Of a stretch of 64,000 nt of DNA, positions 38,162 to 48,351 are shown piece after piece. Numbering within the stretch: the stretch's first letter is position 1; each line of letters starts with the position of its first letter. Below the pieces are notes generated by a model that saw nothing but the letters and a program-made list of their open reading frames with translations, had not been told where the DNA came from and searched no databases. Origin of the DNA: Candidatus Heimdallarchaeota archaeon (GTDB taxonomy: Archaea; Asgardarchaeota; Wukongarchaeia; Wukongarchaeales; JBHIFL01); the NCBI GenBank assembly GCA_046761065.1, contig JBHIFL010000008.1, forward strand, positions 7,306 through 71,305, written 5' to 3'. Both the position numbers and the translations under genes were made by a program.

Positions 38162-39406
38162 GTGTGGTTGATCACAGGAATCCTCATTCCGTTGATGATC
38201 ATATTCTTCTTCTCACTTACAACAGATGAAATATCAATTGATCAAGTTGTAATTAAACGTTGGATTTCTAGGAATAAGACTGAAAAAAAAGGGGATCTAA
38301 TCTTTGTAAACTTAATTATTCAGAATTATGGAGATCGAATCCCTATATTTGAAATCGTAGACACCGTACCTGATGAGTGTACCATTCATGAAGGGTCAAA
38401 TCATTGGCTTTTAGAATTAGATCAAGATGAAGAAATTACATTTTCTTATGCTATTCGCTGTCACAAGCGAGGACGCTATCATCTCGGACCTGTCATTACT
38501 CGTGGTTCAGATTCGTTTCAATTTAAAAGTAAAATTAAAGAACATCCTATATCAAACTCCTTTGCGGTTGTACCCCCACTTATAAAAATTAAAACTCTGC
38601 CTATCAATCGGCAGCCATTATTACCAGAATCAGGTTACATACCTAGTGTCATATATAGAGGACGCGATTTTGATTTTCAAGGTGTTCGAGAATACCAAGT
38701 AGGGGATGAATTAAGAGCGATCAATTGGCGAGTTACTGCAAAATTTAACAAACTCTCAACAAATGAATTTGCGCTTGATCAAACAGCCCGAATATTTATA
38801 ATATTTGATCATACGACTTCTACGCAACGTGTTCTTGAAGAAGGAGTGATGGCAGCTTTAAGTACATCTGAGTATTTAATCTCTCAGAGAAATAAGGTTG
38901 GATTTTTCAGTATAGGCGAAATTGTTGAAAAAATTCCACCAGCACCAGGAAAACGGCAGTTACTTCGAATTAATGAGTTATTAATAGATGCAAAGGCTTC
39001 AGCTCCTTTTCATGACGAGATTTTAAACCAACGAATCCAAAAAACCCTTTTACCTTCATTACCTCCTTTTGCTCAGATTTTCTTTATTAGCCCGATATAT
39101 AGTCGCCTTGTATTAGATTTTCTTATAGATTTAAAAAAAAGAGGTCACAATATCGTGTTAATTATTCCACGTCTCGAAGACGAGCGGGAAAGTCTAGCGT
39201 TCATCCCAAATGGATTACAGAATGAACATGGATCATTATTATCAGATCATGCGCACATCCACAAAGCATCACAGATTGCAAATGGGCTATTAATGCTTGA
39301 TCGTATATACGTTTCAAACCAAATTGCAAAAATGGGCATCATTCCATTATATTGGTATCCTGAAGGTCCCAAATACGAAACAATTAATGTGAGACGAGCA
39401 AGATGA
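38162..39406 (+). CDS. DUF58-domain protein
   Basis: DFQGVREYQVGDELRAINWRVTAK is the DUF58 signature. It has N-terminal TM segments and sits downstream of MoxR. Confidence 0.8.
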   Translation: MWLITGILIPLMIIFFFSLTTDEISIDQVVIKRWISRNKTEKKGDLIFVNLIIQNYGDRIPIFEIVDTVPDECTIHEGSNHWLLELDQDEEITFSYAIRCHKRGRYHLGPVITRGSDSFQFKSKIKEHPISNSFAVVPPLIKIKTLPINRQPLLPESGYIPSVIYRGRDFDFQGVREYQVGDELRAINWRVTAKFNKLSTNEFALDQTARIFIIFDHTTSTQRVLEEGVMAALSTSEYLISQRNKVGFFSIGEIVEKIPPAPGKRQLLRINELLIDAKASAPFHDEILNQRIQKTLLPSLPPFAQIFFISPIYSRLVLDFLIDLKKRGHNIVLIIPRLEDERESLAFIPNGLQNEHGSLLSDHAHIHKASQIANGLLMLDRIYVSNQIAKMGIIPLYWYPEGPKYETINVRRAR

Positions 39407-39996
39407 AGCTAAAACCATTTATTTGGGGCATACAATTTATTATGATATTTACTTTTCTCCTCTTCTCCTTTTTTCCGCTTCTTTATAATTTATTAAATCG
39501 ATTTCCCTCCCATTTAGGCATGATAATAATGGTCTCAATCCCATTTAGCTTGACTATTTATGGGATAATGACGTTGAAAACAAAATTGAGAGAAATAAGC
39601 ACAATTTTTTTTTCCTTTGGAATTATATTTAGTTTCTCAGATAGCTTCATACTTTCTTTTGGAATTGTTCTTACTTGGGTGTTCTATGAAATTTGGATGA
39701 TCGCCTGGAGATACAATCAGCTTGACATGGAATATCTTCCTTATCCCTCAAATAGTCGAGAAAGGTTGAAACTAAATAGAACTTTTCAAAATCAGATTAT
39801 ATCTATCAGTTTGCTTGCTTGGATCGTGATATCTCTATCGTGGGGGGTATTATTTGTTGCACAAAACTTCTATATTCGACTTGGAAATTATGGTACTCTA
39901 GGTATCTCAATATCCATTGCTATGTTACTTATCCTGTACCTATTATCAAAATATTTTGGAGTTCCTCCAAAACAAAGAACTTTATACCAAGAATAA
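39403..39996 (+). CDS. integral membrane protein
   Basis: Five to six hydrophobic segments and a 4-nt overlap with the DUF58 gene. Confidence 0.5.
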   Translation: MKLKPFIWGIQFIMIFTFLLFSFFPLLYNLLNRFPSHLGMIIMVSIPFSLTIYGIMTLKTKLREISTIFFSFGIIFSFSDSFILSFGIVLTWVFYEIWMIAWRYNQLDMEYLPYPSNSRERLKLNRTFQNQIISISLLAWIVISLSWGVLFVAQNFYIRLGNYGTLGISISIAMLLILYLLSKYFGVPPKQRTLYQE

Positions 39997-40122
39997 GTCA
40001 GATTGAACTATTGATACAGGTGATAACTATGATACAGGTGATAAATAGACGGAAATAACATTTGATAGGCAAGATTACCAATTACGCCGGCAATAACTAA
40101 GATATTAGGTTCAATCGATTTT

Positions 40123-41052
40123 TCAGACATCTTCACCTTTCCGCTTAACAGCATGACCCCCAAATTGTTCGCGCATTATCGCCAGTAACCGATCGGAATA
40201 GGACTCTTTATCACGGGATCGTAAACGCTGGAGCAGTGCCAAAGTTATTACAGGAGCCGCTACATCTTGATTAATTGCCTCAAATACAGTCCAACGACCC
40301 TCTCCAGAATCCTGGACGTATGGTTCGATCTCTTGTAATTCTGTATCGTCTTCCAAGGCTCTTGCGATCAAATCCAACAGCCATGATCTAACTACACTAC
40401 CAAACCGCCAGATCTCAGCTACTTGGTGAAGGTTTAGTGCAAATTCTGCTTTATGCTTCATAATCGCAAAACCCTCTGAATAAGCCTCCATAATACCATA
40501 TTCTATTCCATTATGAACCATCTTCACGAAATGTCCTGCGCCATTAGGTCCTACATATCCCCATCCTTTATCTGGGGCAGGAGCTAAGACCTCAAAAATA
40601 GGTCGTAAATATTCAACAATTTCTTTTTCGCCACCTACCATCATGCTATAGCCCTCTGTGAGTCCCCAAACCCCACCACTCGTACCAACATCTACAAACG
40701 CAATACCTTTCTCTTTGAGGAGGATTGCGCGATGTACTGTGTCGTTAAAATTAGAATTTCCACCATCAATGATAATGTCGCCCTTCTCTAATTTTGGGAG
40801 TAAAGCTGTAATGGTTTTGTCGACGGGATCTCCTGCGGGGATCATAAGCCAAATCACGCGTGGAGAGTCTAAGTTGTGTACTAGCTCATCTAATGAATAT
40901 GCCCCCATGGCACCTTTTTCCACGATTTGATCAACTGTTGCTTTCGTTCGTGCGAATCCAATGACTTTATGCCCTCCCTGAAGAAGCCGCATTACCATAT
41001 TCGCTCCCATTCGTCCAAGTCCGATCATTCCGAGTTTCATTTTTAATCCCAC
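40123..41052 (-). CDS. gnd: 6-phosphogluconate dehydrogenase, short (about 300 aa) decarboxylating type
   Basis: MKLGMIGLGRMGANMV Rossmann motif, GGNSNFND, GTSGGVWG and GAGHFVKMVHNGIEYG. The likely start is ATG 41040. Confidence 0.85.
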   Translation of the reverse strand: MGLKMKLGMIGLGRMGANMVMRLLQGGHKVIGFARTKATVDQIVEKGAMGAYSLDELVHNLDSPRVIWLMIPAGDPVDKTITALLPKLEKGDIIIDGGNSNFNDTVHRAILLKEKGIAFVDVGTSGGVWGLTEGYSMMVGGEKEIVEYLRPIFEVLAPAPDKGWGYVGPNGAGHFVKMVHNGIEYGIMEAYSEGFAIMKHKAEFALNLHQVAEIWRFGSVVRSWLLDLIARALEDDTELQEIEPYVQDSGEGRWTVFEAINQDVAAPVITLALLQRLRSRDKESYSDRLLAIMREQFGGHAVKRKGEDV

Positions 41053-41062
41053 TTTGTTTGTA

Positions 41063-42763
41063 TCAGTTCTGTTCTTTTATGAATCGAAGGAGTTGTGAAA
41101 GTCCACCTTTGACATCCTTTTTTAGGTTGATACGCAGGACTCGCCGGTTGCGCTGTTTTAAAGCATAATAATCTCCTAAAGCTTGAGCTTGGATAATCTG
41201 TCCAAATGTGTAATTAACCTCAGGAACTGTTATGTCTTTGTCAGGCTCATCTATAAGTTGTAAGAAAAGGCCTTTGTTGGGTCCACCTTTATGCAATTGT
41301 CCTGTGGAGTGAAGGTACCGCGGCCCAAATCCTAATGTTGTTGCTATTTGCAATTGATGTAATAGTTCGTTACGAATTTTTTGTAACAATTCAGTCGTCT
41401 CAGATTTCGGTTCTAGATACGCTTGGATTGCAACGTAATCCCCCTTCCTTGCTTGACTCAGCCATTTCTTAAGGTTTTCAGCTAAGACCTCAGGATTCTC
41501 TACTAATATCGTCTCTGGTGTTTTCTCATCTGTTATCCCTTTTTCTATCTCGCTCATCATTTTCTTTGTAAGATCTTTAACCAGCTGGACATCTGGTTGG
41601 TTAAATGGATGAATACCTAAAACTGAACCAGCTGCTGCTGTTGCCATCTCCCAGCAGTACATTTCTTGACTTAGATTAATTTTCTCAGTTATGTTTATAT
41701 AGACAACTGGATGTCCTGCGTCTTCCAAGGCTTTCATTAGTGTATTAAGTTCTGCCTTCTCTTTCTCATGAAAGAAATAAATGAAAAACCGATCGCTCCC
41801 ATAGATCTCTGGTGGCCCAATGGGTTCATTTACAATTGGGATGATACCTTTCCCATCTTTCCCTGTACTTTCAGCAAGGAGTTGTTCTACCCATTCAGGG
41901 AAGTTTTTAATTGAAGATGAAGCGAAAAAAGTAACCTTGTCTCGACCAACTTTAGCTAATTCGCCTAAAGCAGCACCCAACGTTAATCCAGATGTCTCAC
42001 GAGAGGAGACGTAGAATGCACAGTTTTCTGACATTAAAGAAGCACGATCAATGAGTTTATGTATATCTATTCCAATTAATGCTGCTGGTATCATTCCAAA
42101 ATGGGTTAATGCCGAATAACGCCCCCCAACATCTGGTGGAGCTTTAAATATTCGATGAAATCCTCTTTGCTCTCCCAGTTGTATAAGAGGTGTACCTGGG
42201 TCAGTGATTGCAATAAATTGATAATCGGGGTCTTTAGTTAATTGACTTACTTTATTCCAAAAATACTTAAAAAGGGATAAGGTTTCTAAGGTGGTTCCAG
42301 ATTTACTTGTTACTATAAATAAGGATTCCCTGAGATCAATTTTGGTTTCTACTGTACGAATCGCGGAAGGATGGGTGCTATCTAAAACCATTAATTCAGG
42401 ATATCCTTCTGAGTTGCCAAAAATGTTTGAAAAGACCTTAGGTGCTAAACTCGAACCTCCCATTCCAAGGAGAACAACATGACGTATCCCTTCGGATTTA
42501 ACTTTCTTTGAAAATGAGAGAATATTCTCAATTTGAGGTTCCATGATTTCGGGTAACATCAGCCAACCTAATCGATCGGTTATTTCAGGAACTGGCTTGG
42601 AAACCCATAAGGTGGGGTCTTTTGCCCAGATTCGTCGTATGAAGTTATTTTCTTTCCAATATTCTAAACGTTTTTCTATTTGAGCTTGATACATTCCGAG
42701 TTTCATGATTCGAATATTGAATTGATTGATATCTTCGCTTGATGCCACCCAGGTCAACTCCAT
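41063..42763 (-). CDS. pgi: glucose-6-phosphate isomerase (PGI family)
   Basis: VVLLGMGGSSLAP, SKSGTTLETL and GGRYSALT blocks. The N-terminal DPTLW..RLGWL resembles the PGI half of transaldolase-PGI fusions. Confidence 0.8.
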   Translation of the reverse strand: MELTWVASSEDINQFNIRIMKLGMYQAQIEKRLEYWKENNFIRRIWAKDPTLWVSKPVPEITDRLGWLMLPEIMEPQIENILSFSKKVKSEGIRHVVLLGMGGSSLAPKVFSNIFGNSEGYPELMVLDSTHPSAIRTVETKIDLRESLFIVTSKSGTTLETLSLFKYFWNKVSQLTKDPDYQFIAITDPGTPLIQLGEQRGFHRIFKAPPDVGGRYSALTHFGMIPAALIGIDIHKLIDRASLMSENCAFYVSSRETSGLTLGAALGELAKVGRDKVTFFASSSIKNFPEWVEQLLAESTGKDGKGIIPIVNEPIGPPEIYGSDRFFIYFFHEKEKAELNTLMKALEDAGHPVVYINITEKINLSQEMYCWEMATAAAGSVLGIHPFNQPDVQLVKDLTKKMMSEIEKGITDEKTPETILVENPEVLAENLKKWLSQARKGDYVAIQAYLEPKSETTELLQKIRNELLHQLQIATTLGFGPRYLHSTGQLHKGGPNKGLFLQLIDEPDKDITVPEVNYTFGQIIQAQALGDYYALKQRNRRVLRINLKKDVKGGLSQLLRFIKEQN

Positions 42764-42850
42764 GTATAAGTTAGATCTGGATTATCACCTTTTCATATCT
42801 AGTACTCATACTCATTATTAAGGAGCAATCAACGTTGATCCTAAGATCCT

Positions 42851-43951
42851 TTAAAAATCACTCCACGCCGTTTCTTGGAATGCTATGGCAAAACGTGGGC
42901 AAATTGATGTGCAGAGACCACATCCGTAACATTTGTCTACATCGAGTTCTATTTCATTCTCCTGAATTGTAAGCGCGTCATAAACACAAGTTTGAACACA
43001 GATCCCACAAAGGTTGCACGCCACATGGTCAATTACTGGAACCGCTTGAATTTTACTTATTGTAGAGGGAATATGTGCCAGTGCTAGGCCTTTAATGTCT
43101 TCAATGGAATCATGATCATGTTGTCTTAACCAATCTTCTATATCCTTAGCAATCTTACCATAAATCGTATGACCTCGGAGAATTGCTTGTGTGCATACCT
43201 GTATGGCTGTTGCACCAGCCATTATATATTCAACAGCATCAGCTCCAGTAGATACACCACCTACACCAATAACAGGCTTCTTGACGGCTTTACAGATATC
43301 TGCAACACATCGTATTGCAAGGGGCTTCAGAGCCGGCCCACTTAGCCAACCGTAATTTCCAAGAAAAGGGCGACCAGTCTCGATATCTATATGAAGTGTC
43401 GGTCCGAGGGTGTTAATAGCTGTAAAACCATCAACATATTGCTCAATGGTCCTAGCGAGCTTCGCTAGATCTTCACTACTGTGTGGACTTAGTTTTGCGA
43501 AAAGAAGGACTTCAACGACTTCTCTGAGTGCTTTAGCTATTTGATCAACTTCTTTGATGTAATGAACACTAAATTCAATCGCATCACATCCTGCAGCTAC
43601 CATTTGGGGCGCCAGCTCGGTCACTTCCTCCGGGGTGTATCCAACACTTCCAATCAATGGGAGCTCCGCAAGTTTTGCTTTCTTATATTCCGTTTGAAGC
43701 CATTGTTTTGCAGGGATATCGCTCCATAGCTCTGTGTTGAGCAATCCAACTGTTCTTCTTCGATTAAGAACAGCCATATTGGGACGAGGGACTTCTGCGG
43801 GTTTTAAGCTGATAGTCTTAGCTACAAGGCCTCCTGCTCCCCCTTTCGCCGCCTTTAGAAGAGTCGCCCCGTCTCGAGCCATTGGGCCAGCGGCTGTAAG
43901 GATTGGATTTCGTAGGATTAACCCTGCTAAGTTTGTAGTTAAAGTACCCAC
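42851..43951 (-). CDS. dihydroorotate/dihydropyrimidine dehydrogenase-family flavoprotein with a C-terminal 2x[4Fe-4S] domain (PreA-like)
   Basis: N-terminal NPILTAAGP, LNTELWS and GVGGVSTG (class 1 DHOD/DPD fold), then CNLCGICVQTC and CYGCGLCTSICP ferredoxin motifs. Confidence 0.8.
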   Translation of the reverse strand: MGTLTTNLAGLILRNPILTAAGPMARDGATLLKAAKGGAGGLVAKTISLKPAEVPRPNMAVLNRRRTVGLLNTELWSDIPAKQWLQTEYKKAKLAELPLIGSVGYTPEEVTELAPQMVAAGCDAIEFSVHYIKEVDQIAKALREVVEVLLFAKLSPHSSEDLAKLARTIEQYVDGFTAINTLGPTLHIDIETGRPFLGNYGWLSGPALKPLAIRCVADICKAVKKPVIGVGGVSTGADAVEYIMAGATAIQVCTQAILRGHTIYGKIAKDIEDWLRQHDHDSIEDIKGLALAHIPSTISKIQAVPVIDHVACNLCGICVQTCVYDALTIQENEIELDVDKCYGCGLCTSICPRFAIAFQETAWSDF

Positions 43952-44104
43952 TCAATGACACCTCTTATAACTTGAAATCCTATCTCAGTAAGGTAGGAAA
44001 AACACTCTATAAATACCTCTTCTTCCTCTCGATAATGTGTCATCAAAGAGAAAGACCTTTACACGCACAATTGCATTGATTAATTTGTCGAAGGAGGTTT
44101 AATC

Positions 44105-45445
44105 ATGTCAGATATCCTTATCCGTGACGGTCTTGTTATCACAATGAATGATAGGCGAGAAATCATTGAATCCGGCTCTGTTCTCATTCAAGGAAACAAA
44201 ATCACTGCTGTAGGTAAAACAGATGAGGTCATTTCAATATCTCATGGAGATAAAGTGCTGGATGCAAAAGGCAAGATCGTGATGCCGGGGCTTTTTTGTG
44301 CCCACACTCACTTATACGCAGAGATGTTGCGGGGAGCTCCTTTACAGATCGACCCTCCCACCGATTTTATTCAGAACTTACAACGCATCTGGTGGCCTTT
44401 GGATGAAGCTTTGACCGTAGAAGCGGCCTATGCCAGTACTTTAGCTGGATGTTCTGAGCTGATTCGAACTGGCACAACGACATTCGCAGACACATATTCT
44501 GGACCGGAAAGCATCGAAGGAAGCCTAGATGCTATTTCAAAGGCTGTTAATGAGAGCGGCATGAGAGGAATCATCACTTTTGAAGTGACTGAACGTCATT
44601 CTCCAGAGGAAGGAGCCAAAGGATTAGAGGAGAATCGACAATTCATTGAAAAAGTAAACAAAATAAATGATTCCCGTGTGCGGGGTATGTACGCGGTTCA
44701 TGCCTCTTTTACTGTTTCAAATGACCTCCTTAAAAGAACACGCGCGCTCGCGGACAAACAGCACGCAATTATAACGATTCATACATCAGAAGGTTTAGGT
44801 GATCTATACCATAATTTGAATACCTATGGGAAACGAACAGTCGAACGATTAAGGGATACGGGTATCTTGGGAGAGGATGTTGTCTTAGCCCATTGTGTCC
44901 ATGTCAATAACGATGAACTCCGGCTTATCAAACAAACTGGAGCAAAGGTGGCGCATAACCCCCAAAGCAACATGCTAAATGCTGTAGGCATTTCCCCAGT
45001 CGCTAAAATGTTGGAGATGGGTATAACTGTAGGATTAGGGAATGATGGCTTTGTATTTGATGGGTTTGAGGCGATACGAGCTGCATTTCTCCTTCAAAAA
45101 CTATTACACAGGGATCCACGTAAAATAACCCCTCTAGAAGCTCTTGAAATGGCTACCATTGGTGCTGCAACTTGTTATGGGATGCAAGGTGAAGTAGGCA
45201 GTTTAGAAGTAGGTAAAAAAGCCGATATAATAGTAATTAACCCATTCAAACCAACACCGTTGAATGCGAAAACAGTTCTCGGCTATCTTGTTTACGCTTG
45301 TAGTGGACAGGACGTCGAATCAACTATCGTTAACGGACAAATTCTAATGGAACAAAAAGAACTTACGACCTTCAATCTTGAACTGGTGAATAATATTTCC
45401 CAAGATGCTGCCCAAGACTGTTGGACAAGATTAGGCATATTATAG
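44105..45445 (+). CDS. amidohydrolase (ATZ/TRZ, SsnA/chlorohydrolase-like)
   Basis: MPGLFCAHTHLY, IHTSEG, AHCVH and GLGNDG metal-ligand blocks. Strong RBS GAAGGAGG upstream. Confidence 0.8.
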   Translation: MSDILIRDGLVITMNDRREIIESGSVLIQGNKITAVGKTDEVISISHGDKVLDAKGKIVMPGLFCAHTHLYAEMLRGAPLQIDPPTDFIQNLQRIWWPLDEALTVEAAYASTLAGCSELIRTGTTTFADTYSGPESIEGSLDAISKAVNESGMRGIITFEVTERHSPEEGAKGLEENRQFIEKVNKINDSRVRGMYAVHASFTVSNDLLKRTRALADKQHAIITIHTSEGLGDLYHNLNTYGKRTVERLRDTGILGEDVVLAHCVHVNNDELRLIKQTGAKVAHNPQSNMLNAVGISPVAKMLEMGITVGLGNDGFVFDGFEAIRAAFLLQKLLHRDPRKITPLEALEMATIGAATCYGMQGEVGSLEVGKKADIIVINPFKPTPLNAKTVLGYLVYACSGQDVESTIVNGQILMEQKELTTFNLELVNNISQDAAQDCWTRLGIL

Positions 45446-45540
45446 AAGCATTAAATTGTCTGAATCCCGAATTTATGCTATAGTAGTATTGCCCAAGCCA
45501 AATTCCTTAATGAGACTCAAGATCACATAACTATAATTTG

Positions 45541-46593
45541 CTATTGTTTTCCTAATTTTTTAGCAAATTCTGCTAGCTCGGGGTGAACACTTTTTCCTTT
45601 ATTGAGGATCTGTTTGCCATCTAACCAAACCGAAGCGTTCAGGCAGATTCCATCCGAGTGGGACGCGGCAGGCCTCCAATCCATGTTTCCGATTCCCCAC
45701 TCGACACATCCCCAGACCCTCTCGTCCTCGACGATGTCTCCAGTAAGTTTCGCGCCTGGATTGAAGCCATAACAAATATGCGCCATTTTTAGCATGTTTG
45801 GATCATTAAAGCTTCTCAGCCACGTCTCGTATTCGACAGCCTCTTTTCCGCCTTCAATTTTAACTATATCACCTTTTTCGATGGTCAACGCTATCTGCTC
45901 CTTGAGCAGTCCAATGGGAGGTACTACTGAGCCATCATAGACTATCTTACCGTTTATTGTGTCGTTTTGGATGCGCCACCAGATCTGTCCTCCCATCATG
46001 TGAGATCCTGGTGTATGAGCATAGCCCATGGAGTAATCGCCCAACTTCTCGGGAGAGTTTTGAAACGTCACGTCCATGCCTGCAGGCGTGGTGATGCGAA
46101 CCTCATTCGCCGCCTTCGTTAGGTCAGTAATTTTTGCTGAGAACTTCTCTAAGGCTGGATAGTCAACCCTTCCTATACATCGGACCATCATGTCCGCATT
46201 CATACCCACAAGACAGAGATATCTCAGGTTAGAGTTTTCCTTCATGGCGCGATCATAGGTTGTTGAATAGAAAATCCACTGATTGTTAAACTCGACCCAA
46301 GCATCGGTTCCCCTCAGCGCGCCGACTAGGGCTTCCTGGGGAAGCATCGGATCAGCGGCTTTGCCTACACCCAAGGCCGATGCCAGCCAGATAACCATGG
46401 GTTTCGCACCGCAAGCGAAGGCGGCCCTAGCAGTTGCTTCTACAACTCGTTCGTCTGATTCGGTATCGGCAGTGATGATGAAGGTCTCTCCCTCTTTAAG
46501 TCTGAAGAGTTCTCGTGTTAAAATATCAGCAGCCTTTCCCAACTCAAATTCATACCATTTGGGCATATAAACACCTGTTCCATGGGAAATCAT
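45541..46593 (-). CDS. M29/aminopeptidase-T-fold protein (NicX-like)
   Basis: About 340 aa with the overall pattern of the leucyl-aminopeptidase-T/2,5-dihydroxypyridine dioxygenase family (..EGETFIITADTESD.., ..HICYGFNPGA..). Assignment is from memory and tentative. Confidence 0.55.
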   Translation of the reverse strand: MISHGTGVYMPKWYEFELGKAADILTRELFRLKEGETFIITADTESDERVVEATARAAFACGAKPMVIWLASALGVGKAADPMLPQEALVGALRGTDAWVEFNNQWIFYSTTYDRAMKENSNLRYLCLVGMNADMMVRCIGRVDYPALEKFSAKITDLTKAANEVRITTPAGMDVTFQNSPEKLGDYSMGYAHTPGSHMMGGQIWWRIQNDTINGKIVYDGSVVPPIGLLKEQIALTIEKGDIVKIEGGKEAVEYETWLRSFNDPNMLKMAHICYGFNPGAKLTGDIVEDERVWGCVEWGIGNMDWRPAASHSDGICLNASVWLDGKQILNKGKSVHPELAEFAKKLGKQ

Positions 46594-46864
46594 ATGTTGA
46601 TAAAAATCTTTACTCTCTTGTTGAAACCTCTTTAAACGGCACCTATAGATTATTTCCTGTTTTAAATAAGGTAATTTTTTAAGTTGCGTTTAATAAATGG
46701 TTGATCGAAGGGTGAGAGAATAATTTTCATTTGTAAGGACGATATAGTGTAAATAGATAGCTTTTTTAAAAATTTCATTTTTGAATCATTCTCGCTCCGA
46801 AAACCTATTAAAGCTGGTTCTGGCGTTTTCATTTTTGCTTCTAAAATAAATTGAGTCGTCGAAC

Positions 46865-48259
46865 TTGAACAAATCCATCTTGATAAAAAACGCAAGTTTC
46901 ATTCTCACCATGAAGTCCCCTGTGAGAGAAATAATCAAAAACGGTTCTATTCTCATTGATAATGGAGCTATAGTCCAACTGGGTAAAGCATCGGAAATTA
47001 GAGAATCTGCAGATATCCATATCGATGCAAAGGGGATGATTGCTCTCCCGGGATTGATTAACACTCATGTGCATCTTGCTCAGGCAATGATTAGAGGATG
47101 TGCCGATGATCAAGGCCTGATTCCCTGGTTACGTGATTATGTGTGGCCGCTTCAGGGGAATTATTCTGCTGAAGATGGCAAGACAAGTGCCCAGTTGTGT
47201 ATGATTGAGATGATCAAATCTGGAACTACAAGCTTCGTTGAAAGCATGATTGCATCTCGGTATGGAATGGATGAAATTGCAAAAGCCCTTCACGAAATTG
47301 GGATGCGTGGTGCACTCTCCAAGATTGTAATGGATGACTTTGCTTATGGAACTCAAAAGAGTATTATGCATGAAGGAATGATAGAAGACAGACAAGAGAC
47401 AATTCAAGAATTTCGTCAGATGTATGCCAGATGGCATAAAAAAAACGATCAGATCTTCATCTGGTTAGGTCCACGTAGTCTTGGAGCTTGTACACCTGAC
47501 TTGTATCGTGAAATCGCAGAACTCGCCAAAGAATGCATGACAGGAGTCACAATGCACTTAGCAGAAGTCAAAGAAGATGTAACATATACCATAGAGCATT
47601 TTGGGCTGAAACCCGCCGAATTTATGAAGGATGTAGGCCTATTAGGACCAAATATCCTGTTTACGCATGCAATATGGCTTTCTGATAGGGAAATCGAAAT
47701 ACTGGGGCAATCCCACACGAATGTAACACACTGTCCGGCTTCGAACATGAAATTAGCATCAGGAATTGCGAAGGTTCCTAGATTGTTGAAAGAAGGGATA
47801 AATGTTACAATAGGAACGGATGGAGGGCCATCCAATAATACCTACGATATGTTGCGTGAGATGCGCCTCACCAGCTATTTGCAAAAGGTGCGAACCCTCA
47901 ATCCGACCGTTCTTCCTGCAGAAAGCGTTCTAGAAATGGCAACCATCCGGGGGGCTAAAGTCCTAGGACTTGAAGAAAAAATCGGCTCTATAGAAATAGG
48001 AAAACGAGCTGACTTAATTTTAGTGAAATTTGCCGATAAACCTCATCTTACTCCGATGTATAATCCCGTTTCGAGTTTGGTTTATGCAGCGTGTGGTTCA
48101 GATGTAGACACAACATTAATCGATGGGCAGGTTATCATGCGGGCTCGAAAGCTTCAAACTATTGATGAACTAAAAGTCTTAGAAAAGGCACAAAAACGTG
48201 GTATAGGAGTCACCGAAAAAGCAGGGATTGAGATTACTTCCAGATGGCCGACACTTTAG
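46865..48259 (+). CDS. amidohydrolase, MTA/SAH-deaminase (MtaD)-like
   Basis: LPGLINTHVHLAQ, MHLAEV, THAIW and TIGTDGGPSNN blocks typical of the ATZ/TRZ deaminase subgroup. Confidence 0.8.
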   Translation: MNKSILIKNASFILTMKSPVREIIKNGSILIDNGAIVQLGKASEIRESADIHIDAKGMIALPGLINTHVHLAQAMIRGCADDQGLIPWLRDYVWPLQGNYSAEDGKTSAQLCMIEMIKSGTTSFVESMIASRYGMDEIAKALHEIGMRGALSKIVMDDFAYGTQKSIMHEGMIEDRQETIQEFRQMYARWHKKNDQIFIWLGPRSLGACTPDLYREIAELAKECMTGVTMHLAEVKEDVTYTIEHFGLKPAEFMKDVGLLGPNILFTHAIWLSDREIEILGQSHTNVTHCPASNMKLASGIAKVPRLLKEGINVTIGTDGGPSNNTYDMLREMRLTSYLQKVRTLNPTVLPAESVLEMATIRGAKVLGLEEKIGSIEIGKRADLILVKFADKPHLTPMYNPVSSLVYAACGSDVDTTLIDGQVIMRARKLQTIDELKVLEKAQKRGIGVTEKAGIEITSRWPTL

Positions 48260-48351
48260 TTTTAGAGAGGCATCTAGAAAATTAGAAAACAATTCTAAAA
48301 CTTGTAATCGGTCACGAATCATTGTTCTCTATTAAAATTAGAAGCTATTTA

